IMG/VR virus record: IMGVR_UViG_3300001765_000072
Location: 1 to 50,110 of that record
Reading direction: 5' to 3' (one strand)
Source: a virus
DNA length: 50,110 nt
How positions within the stretch are numbered: position 1 is the first letter of the stretch; each line of letters opens with the position of its first letter. The notes under the pieces were generated by a model, which was not told where the DNA came from, did not search any database, and saw only the letters and a list, made by a program, of their open reading frames with translations. Of this stretch, positions 16,778 to 25,203 are shown in pieces. Both the position numbers and the translations under genes were made by a program.

Positions 16778-17331
16778 TATAATAAATCTTCGCGTTTTAA
16801 ATCTAGTACTGCGCTTTCCGCGTTTAATCGGTTTACGTAAAAACCGTATAGGTAATTTGCATTCCTAGCGTAGCTTCTTAAAACTATTTCATATCCATTT
16901 TCGCCCTTTTCAGGTGCAAAAATATCCTGGCCCACTTCTACGCCTTCGCCTATGGTATCGAAGTATTTATACGTCGGCTTCTTACCTGGCTTACCAGGCC
17001 CAGGGGTCGCAGGTAGGGGCCGCGTCTTATTTTCGCCAGGTACCAGGTCGCCAGCGTATATTTTTTCGCCCGCGTTAAAAAATTCCTTCAGCTTATCAGT
17101 ACCAGGTATAGGGTTCGGCGTATACTGGAAGTTCTCTAGCGGGTTAATACTTTCCAGGGTCGCCGGTACCAGGTAACCTTCGTTACAGGCGCAGCCTTTA
17201 CTGGCTTCGGCCTGAAGTACCAGGTTTTCGTCTATAGTTAGCCCATTATCGTAGGCTACCAGGCCGCAAAATTCGCAGAAGACTACTACGGTATCGTAGC
17301 CGCCGCCGCTGTTAAATTTGTGTGCTTTCAT
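16777..17331 (-). CDS. Zn-ribbon protein, paralog A
   Basis: N-terminus MKAHKFNSGGGYDTVVVFCEFCGLVAYD...ASKGCAC followed by a Pro/Gly-rich linker. Shares 1-nt overlaps (TGATG/TAATG) with both neighbours. Confidence 0.55.
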   Translation of the reverse strand: MKAHKFNSGGGYDTVVVFCEFCGLVAYDNGLTIDENLVLQAEASKGCACNEGYLVPATLESINPLENFQYTPNPIPGTDKLKEFFNAGEKIYAGDLVPGENKTRPLPATPGPGKPGKKPTYKYFDTIGEGVEVGQDIFAPEKGENGYEIVLRSYARNANYLYGFYVNRLNAESAVLDLKREDLL

Positions 17332-18125
17332 CAGTTTTTCGTTATGCTTAGTTTGTCAATTTTCCATATTAGAGGTTCCGCTTTCGGGCCATTAACTATA
17401 AGGGTTACCCGAATCCTGTAAGTAAATCCCAGGTTTAACTTCGAAACCATTACCAGGCGGCCGTTTAAATAGCGCCGGGCTTCAGTATTCGTTACGAAAA
17501 GGTCTACCTGCGCTGGCCCGCGGGGCGCCGCGTACAATTCCACTATTCGCGCTAGCCTGTTTTCATAATTCGGCCCGGCGTAATGGTCAGCAAACCATAG
17601 CCTGGGCCGGTTCCATAATTCAGGGATTATTTCCTGGGCTCCGGTTTCGAAAAGGTCTATTTCCCTGGTACTATCCTGGCCGGCTTCTTCGTTTAGCAGC
17701 CATACGCTGGGTAAAATATCCCTACGGTATGGGTACTGGCATTTTACTTGAATATGAAAAGGCGGGCTGTATACGGTATCGCTTTCCAGGCCGCCGGTAC
17801 TGTGATAAAAGGGGTGTATAGGCAAACCATAGGTAACCTGTTCCCTGGTTACCCAGTCTACGTAAATAGGTGTTTCTAGCGGCCAGGTACGAAGTTCCAG
17901 CTGTTCGCCGGTTACGGTATAGGAAGTATCTGTATAAATACCATAGTCACCGGCGTAAAGGCCCAGGGTGCGCCATTTAATCGGGCTGGTAAAAGGTGCA
18001 ATTTCCAGCCGTGGCCCGAAGCCATAAACCCGGTAGTACTTACCGGGCTGCTGGGTTAATTTCAAAGGGTTACAGGCGGCCAGTAGAAGTACTACCAGCA
18101 GGGCCAGGGTTTTCATTTTTTTCAT
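17331..18125 (-). CDS. GH16-like (concanavalin-fold) lipoprotein
   Basis: Lipoprotein signal MKKMKTLALLVVLLLAAC. GH16 catalytic motif EIDLFE (ExDxxE, nt 17646-17663) preceded by LPSVWLL. Confidence 0.65.
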   Translation of the reverse strand: MKKMKTLALLVVLLLAACNPLKLTQQPGKYYRVYGFGPRLEIAPFTSPIKWRTLGLYAGDYGIYTDTSYTVTGEQLELRTWPLETPIYVDWVTREQVTYGLPIHPFYHSTGGLESDTVYSPPFHIQVKCQYPYRRDILPSVWLLNEEAGQDSTREIDLFETGAQEIIPELWNRPRLWFADHYAGPNYENRLARIVELYAAPRGPAQVDLFVTNTEARRYLNGRLVMVSKLNLGFTYRIRVTLIVNGPKAEPLIWKIDKLSITKN

Positions 18126-18360
18126 TATCTACTATTTTTATTTTAGGTAATAGGTTTCTTACCAGGTACTTATTTATCTGTAGCAAAGTAGGCGCCGGCC
18201 CGGTTTTTCGGCCGGTTACTTGTAGCCTTACCGCTTCGGTGTTTCGCATTACTTCAAACCGGGTACTGGTCATAAAACGCGTACATTTTTGGCCCTTCTG
18301 TACGCGTATTTTCGCCGCCTGGGCCTTATCTTCTACGAAATAAAACTTTCCTTTTTTCAT
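18070..18360 (-). CDS. Hypothetical basic protein
   Basis: 96-aa ORF; a 46-56 nt overlap with the lipoprotein gene leaves its 3' end uncertain. Confidence 0.4.
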   Translation of the reverse strand: MKKGKFYFVEDKAQAAKIRVQKGQKCTRFMTSTRFEVMRNTEAVRLQVTGRKTGPAPTLLQINKYLVRNLLPKIKIVDNEKNENPGPAGSTSTGRL

Positions 18361-18527
18361 ATTCCCAGGGTGCCCTGTGGCGTCTTCTGCTGTTCCAGGG
18401 TAATTAACAGGCGGTCTACTATCTGTTCCTGGGCCTTGCTTTTTCTTAGCGTTTCCTGGCTGCGGCTTCGGAAGTATTCTTTTTGCAGGCGTCGCATTTC
18501 TTTTACTGCTTCTATTAGTTCCTTCAT
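18357..18527 (-). CDS. Hypothetical helical mini-protein (56 aa, not in the track)
   Basis: MKELIEAVKEMRRLQKEYFRSRSQETLRKSKAQEQIVDRLL...; ATGA overlaps at both ends. Confidence 0.4.
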   Translation of the reverse strand: MKELIEAVKEMRRLQKEYFRSRSQETLRKSKAQEQIVDRLLITLEQQKTPQGTLGI

Positions 18528-19180
18528 AATTGTATTATTAACTGTGATTTATGTGTATTAAACCGCTGTAAGGCGTCCTGATAGTATTCAGTATCAATTT
18601 CACACCAATCTAAAGAAAAACCTAGATTGTGGCAGGCTATACATATCGAACCACTACCGCCGTGTGTATCTAGTATTTTGTCGCCGGGTTTGGCGTAATT
18701 GTTTAAAATCCAGTGGTATAAATCAACAGGCTTTTCCGTCGGATGAATTCTGTTTATTTGATGCTTTTTCTTAAATCCAGCCCATAAGTAATTGAACATA
18801 TTACACTTAATATCGAAAGAAGACCAAGCTAGTTCAGCCATTGATAAATGTTCTTTAATGTCTGCTTCTTTATTCCATACTATCCAACCGCTTTTAGGTT
18901 TTAGATATTCCGTAAAATAATTCCCACCCCATATAATTTGGTTTTTAGATACTCTAAATAGTTCATTAAAATAGGATTTATCAGGTATTTTACTATCGTC
19001 GAACGTTTTATAATGACGGCTTAATGGGTTTTTCCATTTTACTGTGGGTCTATCACCTGTTGCATTCCTTTGGCCATTTTCACCTATTCCATACTGGGGG
19101 TCAACTATTGCCAGATCATAAAATTTATTTGGCTTGTCCTTCATAAATTCCATACAGTCAGTATTCAGCATATTTATCAT
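18524..19180 (-). CDS. DNA amino-methyltransferase (N6-adenine or N4-cytosine), beta class, orphan
   Basis: DPQYGIG (DPPY-like motif IV) lies N-terminal to HPTEKP and LDTHGGSGS (motif I). Confidence 0.8.
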   Translation of the reverse strand: MINMLNTDCMEFMKDKPNKFYDLAIVDPQYGIGENGQRNATGDRPTVKWKNPLSRHYKTFDDSKIPDKSYFNELFRVSKNQIIWGGNYFTEYLKPKSGWIVWNKEADIKEHLSMAELAWSSFDIKCNMFNYLWAGFKKKHQINRIHPTEKPVDLYHWILNNYAKPGDKILDTHGGSGSICIACHNLGFSLDWCEIDTEYYQDALQRFNTHKSQLIIQL

Positions 19181-19359
19181 TCCTTCAGTTTTTTAAGTTC
19201 GTACTGTTTAGCGTCGCTTTCCATTTGTACCAGGCAGGCGCTATCCTGTCGGGCCTGGCGTTCCTGGTAATGTTTACAGTCATTTAAGTAAACTACCATA
19301 AACAGGCAGATAGCCAGGCCCAGGATATTACCGGCCAGCCTTTTGCTTCTTCTTCCCAT
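19177..19359 (-). CDS. Small single-pass membrane protein
   Basis: 60 aa with one TM (ILGLAICLFMVVYL). Confidence 0.4.
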   Translation of the reverse strand: MGRRSKRLAGNILGLAICLFMVVYLNDCKHYQERQARQDSACLVQMESDAKQYELKKLKE

Positions 19360-19588
19360 TTGTAGGCTTTATTTTTGTGGCTTTTCGCTTTTTAAGCCAT
19401 TTCTTTAACAGGGTAACCCATTTGGGCGCTTCGGTTATAAGGGTGCAAATTTCGGCCTTAAAATACGCCGTTTTTATTTTTTCATCCAGGGTATAGTTTT
19501 CCCAGCGTACCAGGTAATACAGTTCGCCCTTAATGGTTTTTTCACCTACCAGGCGGGCCGGCTTCCAGCCGGGCGCTTTTACTAGCAT
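19328..19588 (-). CDS. Hypothetical protein with Lys-rich tail
   Basis: 86-aa ORF. Confidence 0.45.
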   Translation of the reverse strand: MLVKAPGWKPARLVGEKTIKGELYYLVRWENYTLDEKIKTAYFKAEICTLITEAPKWVTLLKKWLKKRKATKIKPTNGKKKQKAGR

Positions 19589-19589
19589 A

Positions 19590-20165
19590 TCAATAAAATT
19601 TAAAAGGTTTGTTTACTAGGCGCCTTAGCCCTTCTAGCTGGTTCGCTACCAGCGGGGCCCAGGCGTTAAAACCTTCAGCTGAAGGCTTACGGCCGTTATC
19701 CTGGTAATAGCCCTGGTAGTACATTTTATCTGCCGGGCCTAGCTTCAGGTCTACGCCGTAAAAATGTACTTCGGTTCCGATAAGGCTAGCCAGGTGCGCG
19801 GCCGTTACTACTATACTGCTTCCGGTAATTAAATCCAGGTCAGGTATAAAATGAACGCCGGGCGCCTGCGGGTTTAAATCCTGGCCCTTTGTTTCGGCGC
19901 AGTACTGGGTATAAATTAGCTGCGGGCAGTCGTTTTTGTGGAAAACTCTTTCTACTATACCGTAGTGTATCGCTACCGTACAGGTTACCCGGTAATCTAT
20001 GTAATTCCAGTTTACGCCTATCACATAATCGTACTTTTCTGCAAAGTAGTTACGCTTATAACGTTCCATTGTAGGGCCAGCGCCCAGTACAGCTACCGGG
20101 CCCTGGCATTTTTGCCGCTTAATCCACTTTTCAAACTTCAGTATTTTTTCCATTTTAAGTATCAA
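19590..20165 (-). CDS. DUF115 / GT42 (CstII)-like nucleotide-dependent transferase candidate
   Basis: VAVLGAGPT...YDYVIGVNWNY...ITGSSIVVTAAHLASLIGTEVHFYGVDL parallels GNGPS...DVFRCNQFY...TSG..A.A.ALGY.EIYL.GID. Confidence 0.4.
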   Translation of the reverse strand: MILKMEKILKFEKWIKRQKCQGPVAVLGAGPTMERYKRNYFAEKYDYVIGVNWNYIDYRVTCTVAIHYGIVERVFHKNDCPQLIYTQYCAETKGQDLNPQAPGVHFIPDLDLITGSSIVVTAAHLASLIGTEVHFYGVDLKLGPADKMYYQGYYQDNGRKPSAEGFNAWAPLVANQLEGLRRLVNKPFKFY

Positions 20166-20180
20166 TAGCGTTAACTGTAG

Positions 20181-20615
20181 TTACGGTAGCTTAGCGGGCC
20201 ATACAATAGCCTTTATTCTAGCAAAAAAAGACGTTTTAGCTACCGGTAAACCGTTTCGCTTTAACTCTTTCAGGCTTTCCTGGCTTAAGGCTACATTATA
20301 TAAACCCTGCCGGCCTTTTACCTTAAATGGGGTTTTCCAGGCGTGGGAAAATTCGATTTCCCAGGCGTATAACCCTTCTGTTTTAGTTGTCCTGGCTAGC
20401 CTGGCGTCTTTCTTAGTGGCTTTCCTTACGTTTACCAGGCGGCATACGCCCAGGCATACGCCCAGGGGTTCCGTTTCGCTGCCTGGGAACGCCTTCGCGC
20501 TACTACATAGCAAAAATTCGCCCCGGTGTTTAGTCTGCCAGGTGCGAAGTTCTACCGTCTTTTCGCCGCTGGCTATCCAGCTGGCGTATGGTTGTTTTAC
20601 GCTTAGCGCCTTCAT
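20181..20615 (-). CDS. ASCH domain protein
   Basis: MKALSVKQPYASWIASGEKTVELRTWQTKHRGEFLL matches the ASCH N-terminal signature. Confidence 0.6.
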   Translation of the reverse strand: MKALSVKQPYASWIASGEKTVELRTWQTKHRGEFLLCSSAKAFPGSETEPLGVCLGVCRLVNVRKATKKDARLARTTKTEGLYAWEIEFSHAWKTPFKVKGRQGLYNVALSQESLKELKRNGLPVAKTSFFARIKAIVWPAKLP

Positions 20616-20896
20616 TAGCCCTGTTTTTTACCAGTCTTAACTTCCATCGGGTTAAAACCGTGAAGGGCTATAAAATCGGCCAGTACTTGATCTTTCCTGG
20701 CTTCCAGCGCGGCCTGCGCTTCTTCATTCAGCAGGCCATGGTAGTGCCCGGTTATAGCCGGCGCCTGCGCGGTTAACGCCTTACCCAAAAGGTCGCCGCG
20801 GTCAATAGTGCCGCCGGTTTCTACTCTTAAATCGAAGGCGCCAGGTCTTTCGTCTACTGGCGTACAAAAAACGGTCTTAAATACTAAAGGTTTCAT
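20615..20896 (-). CDS. Hypothetical protein
   Basis: 93-aa ORF. Confidence 0.45.
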   Translation of the reverse strand: MKPLVFKTVFCTPVDERPGAFDLRVETGGTIDRGDLLGKALTAQAPAITGHYHGLLNEEAQAALEARKDQVLADFIALHGFNPMEVKTGKKQG

Positions 20897-21317
20897 AGTT
20901 TTTTATTTGATATTCACAGGTTAGCAAATCTATTATAAAACAATTCCAGGGCCATATATTAAGGCCCTTTTTTAGTGACAGTTCGCCGGTTTCCCATAAA
21001 TTATGCACCTGGTAAATTACCAGGTTTACGTTTCGCGGGTCATAGCGAAGTTCGGTATTAGCGCCCCGGCTTATTATATGGCTAATGTTTACGGCGCTGT
21101 AAAAGGGTATAGGCTGGCCGGTTTCTTCGCAATAGTGCGGTTTATGGTCGTATACCCATCTATAAAAAATAGCGTCATTTTCGGGGCTTGCAGGCCCAAA
21201 ATAAAGGGCCTGAATTTTTCGCCGCAGGTTTATAGCCATATTAAACCGGCTATCTATTAGCGGTTCGAAACCCAGGCCCTTTAGCCTGTCGTAGTCTTCG
21301 GCAGTTTTTACTAGCAT
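20877..21317 (-). CDS. Hypothetical protein (possible His-Me finger/HNH-like nuclease)
   Basis: SHIISRG...DPRNVNLV...VHNLWE loosely resembles H-N-H spacing. The function call is weak. Confidence 0.45.
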   Translation of the reverse strand: MLVKTAEDYDRLKGLGFEPLIDSRFNMAINLRRKIQALYFGPASPENDAIFYRWVYDHKPHYCEETGQPIPFYSAVNISHIISRGANTELRYDPRNVNLVIYQVHNLWETGELSLKKGLNIWPWNCFIIDLLTCEYQIKNYETFSI

Positions 21318-21857
21318 CTAGTTTTTAAAAACTTCCAGCTGGCTTTCGCCGCGGATTATTACGAAATTATAAGCTTCCGTTTCCAGGTCTTCTGCCAGCT
21401 GTAAAAGGGCTTCTTCGTAGCCCAGGCCGTCGCGGTCTACGCGTACAGATAGGTTTATACTGGTTCCAATACCGCCGGGCCCCTTCCAGTAACAGGTAAC
21501 GGTTAAAACCTGCGGCGTTCCTTCGTTCCACTTCAGGCTTATTTTCTTTACCGTTAAGTCGTTCATTACGGCCTGGTTGTTACTCATAATGAAGGTATGA
21601 ATTTCCTTCGGTACGGTATTCTGTTCGTTCATACTCTTAAGGTCGCGGTTAACGCCCAGTATCTCTACTACGTGGGCTTTAAAGGCATCCAGCGCGTTAA
21701 TTAGCGCGTCAGGCGGTACAAAAGGCCCACCAAAGGAACCGTTAGGGTAAGTTACTGCGCCGTCGGTTCCGCTTACAACGTTCTGCCAGGATACCTGTAC
21801 GTCGCTTTCGCCCCTGTTATAAGTCAGGCTGGTAAGGTTAAAAGTTTCTCTACTCAT
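21318..21857 (-). CDS. Hypothetical protein
   Basis: 179-aa ORF. Confidence 0.55.
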   Translation of the reverse strand: MSRETFNLTSLTYNRGESDVQVSWQNVVSGTDGAVTYPNGSFGGPFVPPDALINALDAFKAHVVEILGVNRDLKSMNEQNTVPKEIHTFIMSNNQAVMNDLTVKKISLKWNEGTPQVLTVTCYWKGPGGIGTSINLSVRVDRDGLGYEEALLQLAEDLETEAYNFVIIRGESQLEVFKN

Positions 21858-21900
21858 TTTTTGATAAATTAAGGTTATAAATTAAAATTAAAAAAGTCAG

Positions 21901-22632
21901 TTATAAGCCCAGTATCTTACGTATATGGGCCTTCGTATCGCTGCTAAAATCATTGTTTAACATCCAGTTAGCGAAACCCTTATCTGAAGTTACCGGCTGG
22001 CCTTTTACTTTGCCAATGTTAAACACTATTACGCCGTCTTCGCGCTTAAGAAGTTTCCCGGCCCAGTCTACCATATCGGCGCTGGCCTTTTCTACTATGG
22101 TTTCTACGTCGGTTACCGTTTCCAGCTGCTGAATTAATACGCGGGCCGTTATCCTGGCGTCATTTTCCGCGCGGTGCCCTTCGGTATAGTCTTCGTTCAG
22201 GAAGTAGGAAGCTGCGCCGGCCAGGGTATGGGGCAATACCTGCCTGAATATGTCGCAGGTATCGTAAACCTTGCAGGGCCAGGCCGGGAAAACTAGCCCT
22301 ACCCGGCTAAATTCTTCCAGTATAAAAGGTATATCAAAACCTTTAATGTTATGGCCTGCCAGGTCGCAGCCGTTCATAAACGCGTAAATATCCTGGGCCT
22401 GGTCTGCAAAAGGTAAACAGTCTTTTACGTCGAAGTCAGTTATACCGTGTATCGCTGTCGCTGTCGCCGGTATGGCCCTACCAGGGTTTACCAGGCGGGT
22501 TAGCGTCCTATCTATTACGTACTGGCCTTCTTCCATAACCAGCCGTACTGCTGAAAATTCTACTAATTTATCTAGCCCGGTATTTAGGCCAGTTGTTTCA
22601 ATGTCAAAAACTACTATTTTTTTCATTTTCAA
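21901..22632 (-). CDS. DnaQ-like 3'-5' exonuclease (DEDDh)
   Basis: ExoI VVFDIETTGL, ExoII AGHNIKGFDIPFI, ExoIII HRAENDARITARV. Confidence 0.8.
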   Translation of the reverse strand: MKMKKIVVFDIETTGLNTGLDKLVEFSAVRLVMEEGQYVIDRTLTRLVNPGRAIPATATAIHGITDFDVKDCLPFADQAQDIYAFMNGCDLAGHNIKGFDIPFILEEFSRVGLVFPAWPCKVYDTCDIFRQVLPHTLAGAASYFLNEDYTEGHRAENDARITARVLIQQLETVTDVETIVEKASADMVDWAGKLLKREDGVIVFNIGKVKGQPVTSDKGFANWMLNNDFSSDTKAHIRKILGL

Positions 22633-23033
22633 AGGTTATTTATTATTTGCGAATGCTCTAAAATCAGGTGTAAATTTTCACCGGCGTAAACGCGTAAATC
22701 TTCCAGGTAAAATATCCAGGTTTCCCGGTCTATTTCACCCAGCTGTTCAGGCGTCAGGTGTTCAGTCAAAGGGCAAATTTTAAGAAGGCGCTGCTGTATG
22801 TCGCGGGCGCTGTAACGGTGCCCCAGTTCATAGAAGGCCCTGTATATACGCGGCAATACTACGCCGACGTAATAACCTATAAATCGCTGGCAGGGTTCCT
22901 GGCTTAGCCCGGTTATGGTAATGGTTACCGGCCGGCCAGCCATTTCTTTTAGTTCGGCGCAAACCTGGCGCCAGCCGGCAAAGGTCAGCTGGCCCAGGTT
23001 ATCTACCTTACCGTAGGCGTTTACCTGTTTCAT
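22629..23033 (-). CDS. Hypothetical protein
   Basis: 134-aa ORF, coupled. Confidence 0.5.
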   Translation of the reverse strand: MKQVNAYGKVDNLGQLTFAGWRQVCAELKEMAGRPVTITITGLSQEPCQRFIGYYVGVVLPRIYRAFYELGHRYSARDIQQRLLKICPLTEHLTPEQLGEIDRETWIFYLEDLRVYAGENLHLILEHSQIINNL

Positions 23034-23302
23034 ACGCCTATATGGCCTAGCGCGTTTTTAATCGCTAGCATAAAATCGTTACCATCTACGGTAAATACCG
23101 GGCCGTCGTCTACCTGTACGTTTACCTGCCTGGCGTAGCGCCCTTGCTGGCTTATTTTTACTACCTGGGCTTCGCCCCTTATAACAGATAGCGTACTTAT
23201 GGTTTCTACTACCAGGCCGCGCGGCCGGCTTTGCCTTTTAAAGGTAAACCTGCCGCGCTTTGGTGTTTCAGGAAAAAACTCTAATAGTTTAGCTTCAGGC
23301 AT
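23030..23302 (-). CDS. Hypothetical protein
   Basis: 90-aa ORF, coupled. Confidence 0.5.
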   Translation of the reverse strand: MPEAKLLEFFPETPKRGRFTFKRQSRPRGLVVETISTLSVIRGEAQVVKISQQGRYARQVNVQVDDGPVFTVDGNDFMLAIKNALGHIGV

Positions 23303-24698
23303 TTTCTATGAGTTCTACGGTTAACATTTCTTTACCCCGGCGTACTTCTTCGATAAAGCCCTGTAACTTGTTTTCTTTAGCGAAGGCTATAATACCGGCC
23401 ATTTTTTCGGTTCCTAAGTCCTGGCCGTTCAGTATCTTAAATACGCCGGTTTTCTTATTGCTGGCTATCTGAAGCGCGCAAGCTACCTGGGTCATATCCG
23501 AAGTCGAAACCGTGGCGAAGTTAAAAGGCAGGCCGTTCAAATAAAGGCCGTCTTCGTCGAAGGTAAGGCCATTTACCGGCATATCTGCCGAAGTAATTAA
23601 CGCCTTCCTGGCTGCGGTTTTTTCTTCCAGTTCCTTCGTCTTAACCTGGTAAGCTGCCGTAGTGACGTTAAGCTGTTCGGTACGCTGCTTTAACGTAATA
23701 ACCTTGCTGAAGTCCTGGTTATGTTTAGTAGACGTTTCTAGCGCGTTTTTAATCACTTCTACCTGGTCAGCCAGGCCGTCGTAGGTTTTAACTACCGCGG
23801 CGCCATTTTCATTACGTTTTTGAAGTTCTGCCTTCGCGGTTATCCGGTTATCCAGGCCGTCTTTCTTCGCCTGGGTTTTAGCGCGCTGCTTACTTTTAGC
23901 TTCCAGTAACTGGCGTTCCAGTTCCAGTACCGCGTCGTCGGCTGCCTTTATATCGGCGTCGTAAACTTTGGTTAATTCTGCCGTCATTCCATCCCAGCCG
24001 GCGGCTTCGCTTTTCAGGTTCGCCAGCAGGGTTTCGGCCGCTTCCTTCGCCGCTTCCTTCTTCAGAAGCGCCTGTAGGGCCTGGGTTTGTTCTACCGGGT
24101 TAATTTCACCTTTTGCGGCCAGGGCTTCTATGTACAGGCCGTCGGTAGCGGTTAAAGCTTCCTGGTAGTTAACCTGGTTGTTAGCCAGCTGCACGTTTAA
24201 CGAAGTTCTTAACTGCTGAATATTGGTAATTTCCTGGGCCAGTTCCGCGGCCTTCTGCCTTACTTCGGGCGCCAGCAGAAGCTTTACGGTTTCTACCTGC
24301 TTACGCCTACCGTCAGCCGTTTCACTCCATCTTAAAAATTCGTTAGCGTCGAAGTCGGTATGCTGGCATAGGCTATGAAGGAAGCCTAGTTTATCGGAAA
24401 ACATACCGGTTTCCAGGTCGGTTATTTTCAGGGTTCCGCGCGGGTTTTTTTCGCTGTACTTCAGGTTAAATTCGTAGTCTTTACCGTTAATTTCGTACTT
24501 CGTTACTACTTCGCCGTCGGTAGCGCCCTGGCTTAAAATTTCGCCGGCTCTTTCGCCGGTAAAGCCCATTATAATAGCTTCGATTAAATGGCTTTTCCCT
24601 ACGTTGTTTTCACCGGTTATTAAGTATACCCCGGCTACCAGGTCTAGGTCTACCTGCTTTACGTTTTTAAAATTTCGAATGTGTACCTGCTTAATCAT
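23295..24698 (-). CDS. P-loop ATPase with central coiled coil (SMC/RecF/SbcC-like N-terminus)
   Basis: IRNFKNVKQVDLDLVAGVYLITGENNVGKSHLIEAI followed by a long A/E/K/Q coiled coil. No clear LSGG signature was seen. Confidence 0.55.
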   Translation of the reverse strand: MIKQVHIRNFKNVKQVDLDLVAGVYLITGENNVGKSHLIEAIIMGFTGERAGEILSQGATDGEVVTKYEINGKDYEFNLKYSEKNPRGTLKITDLETGMFSDKLGFLHSLCQHTDFDANEFLRWSETADGRRKQVETVKLLLAPEVRQKAAELAQEITNIQQLRTSLNVQLANNQVNYQEALTATDGLYIEALAAKGEINPVEQTQALQALLKKEAAKEAAETLLANLKSEAAGWDGMTAELTKVYDADIKAADDAVLELERQLLEAKSKQRAKTQAKKDGLDNRITAKAELQKRNENGAAVVKTYDGLADQVEVIKNALETSTKHNQDFSKVITLKQRTEQLNVTTAAYQVKTKELEEKTAARKALITSADMPVNGLTFDEDGLYLNGLPFNFATVSTSDMTQVACALQIASNKKTGVFKILNGQDLGTEKMAGIIAFAKENKLQGFIEEVRRGKEMLTVELIENA

Positions 24699-24747
24699 TA
24701 CGTTTCAGTTTTTAAAATTAAAGTTCGTTAAAAGTATAAAATTTGCG

Positions 24748-25191
24748 TTATTCTACAAAAATTTGTTTTTTATCGCTATGGTTGAATAGCCTGGTTTGCC
24801 GGTATTCGGCCTGGTAACATTTGATAAGGGCCAGCATATACTTAGGCTGGTTCCTTACCGTGGCCCGGTGTTCCCAAAAATAATCTGAAAAACCTATTAT
24901 AAAGTCGCCAGGAAGGCCGCAAAGGTTACAAATGTTTACTACGTCCTGCCTGGTTTCTTTATATATCCGTATTTCGCCTATCACTTTGGTAAATGTTTGC
25001 ACTACAGCGCAGCGCTTTATTCCATAGGTAGCGCCTACCATAGCGTCGCTTTCTGTAGCAAATAGCCGGCTTATGGTTACGCCTATCTGCCGCGGGTGCC
25101 TTACTTCCTTATGCCTGTTACGGCCGCTTACTTCTTCGGCTTCCTGGCCGAAGTAGTTACTAACTACCAGTAAAATAGTTTCCGAATTCAT
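24748..25191 (-). CDS. DnaA domain IV-like HTH protein
   Basis: EEVSGRNRHKEVRHPRQIGVTISR...VGATYGIKRCAVVQTFTKV parallels the DnaA C-terminal DNA-binding domain. Confidence 0.5.
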   Translation of the reverse strand: MNSETILLVVSNYFGQEAEEVSGRNRHKEVRHPRQIGVTISRLFATESDAMVGATYGIKRCAVVQTFTKVIGEIRIYKETRQDVVNICNLCGLPGDFIIGFSDYFWEHRATVRNQPKYMLALIKCYQAEYRQTRLFNHSDKKQIFVE

Positions 25192-25203
25192 ATTTATTTC
25201 AGG

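Noticed and set aside
19328-19588. Chromodomain-like motif (GELYYLVRWENY) in an 86-aa protein
   Set aside because: The similarity is a single short motif with no other chromo/Tudor hallmarks visible, which is too weak to call.
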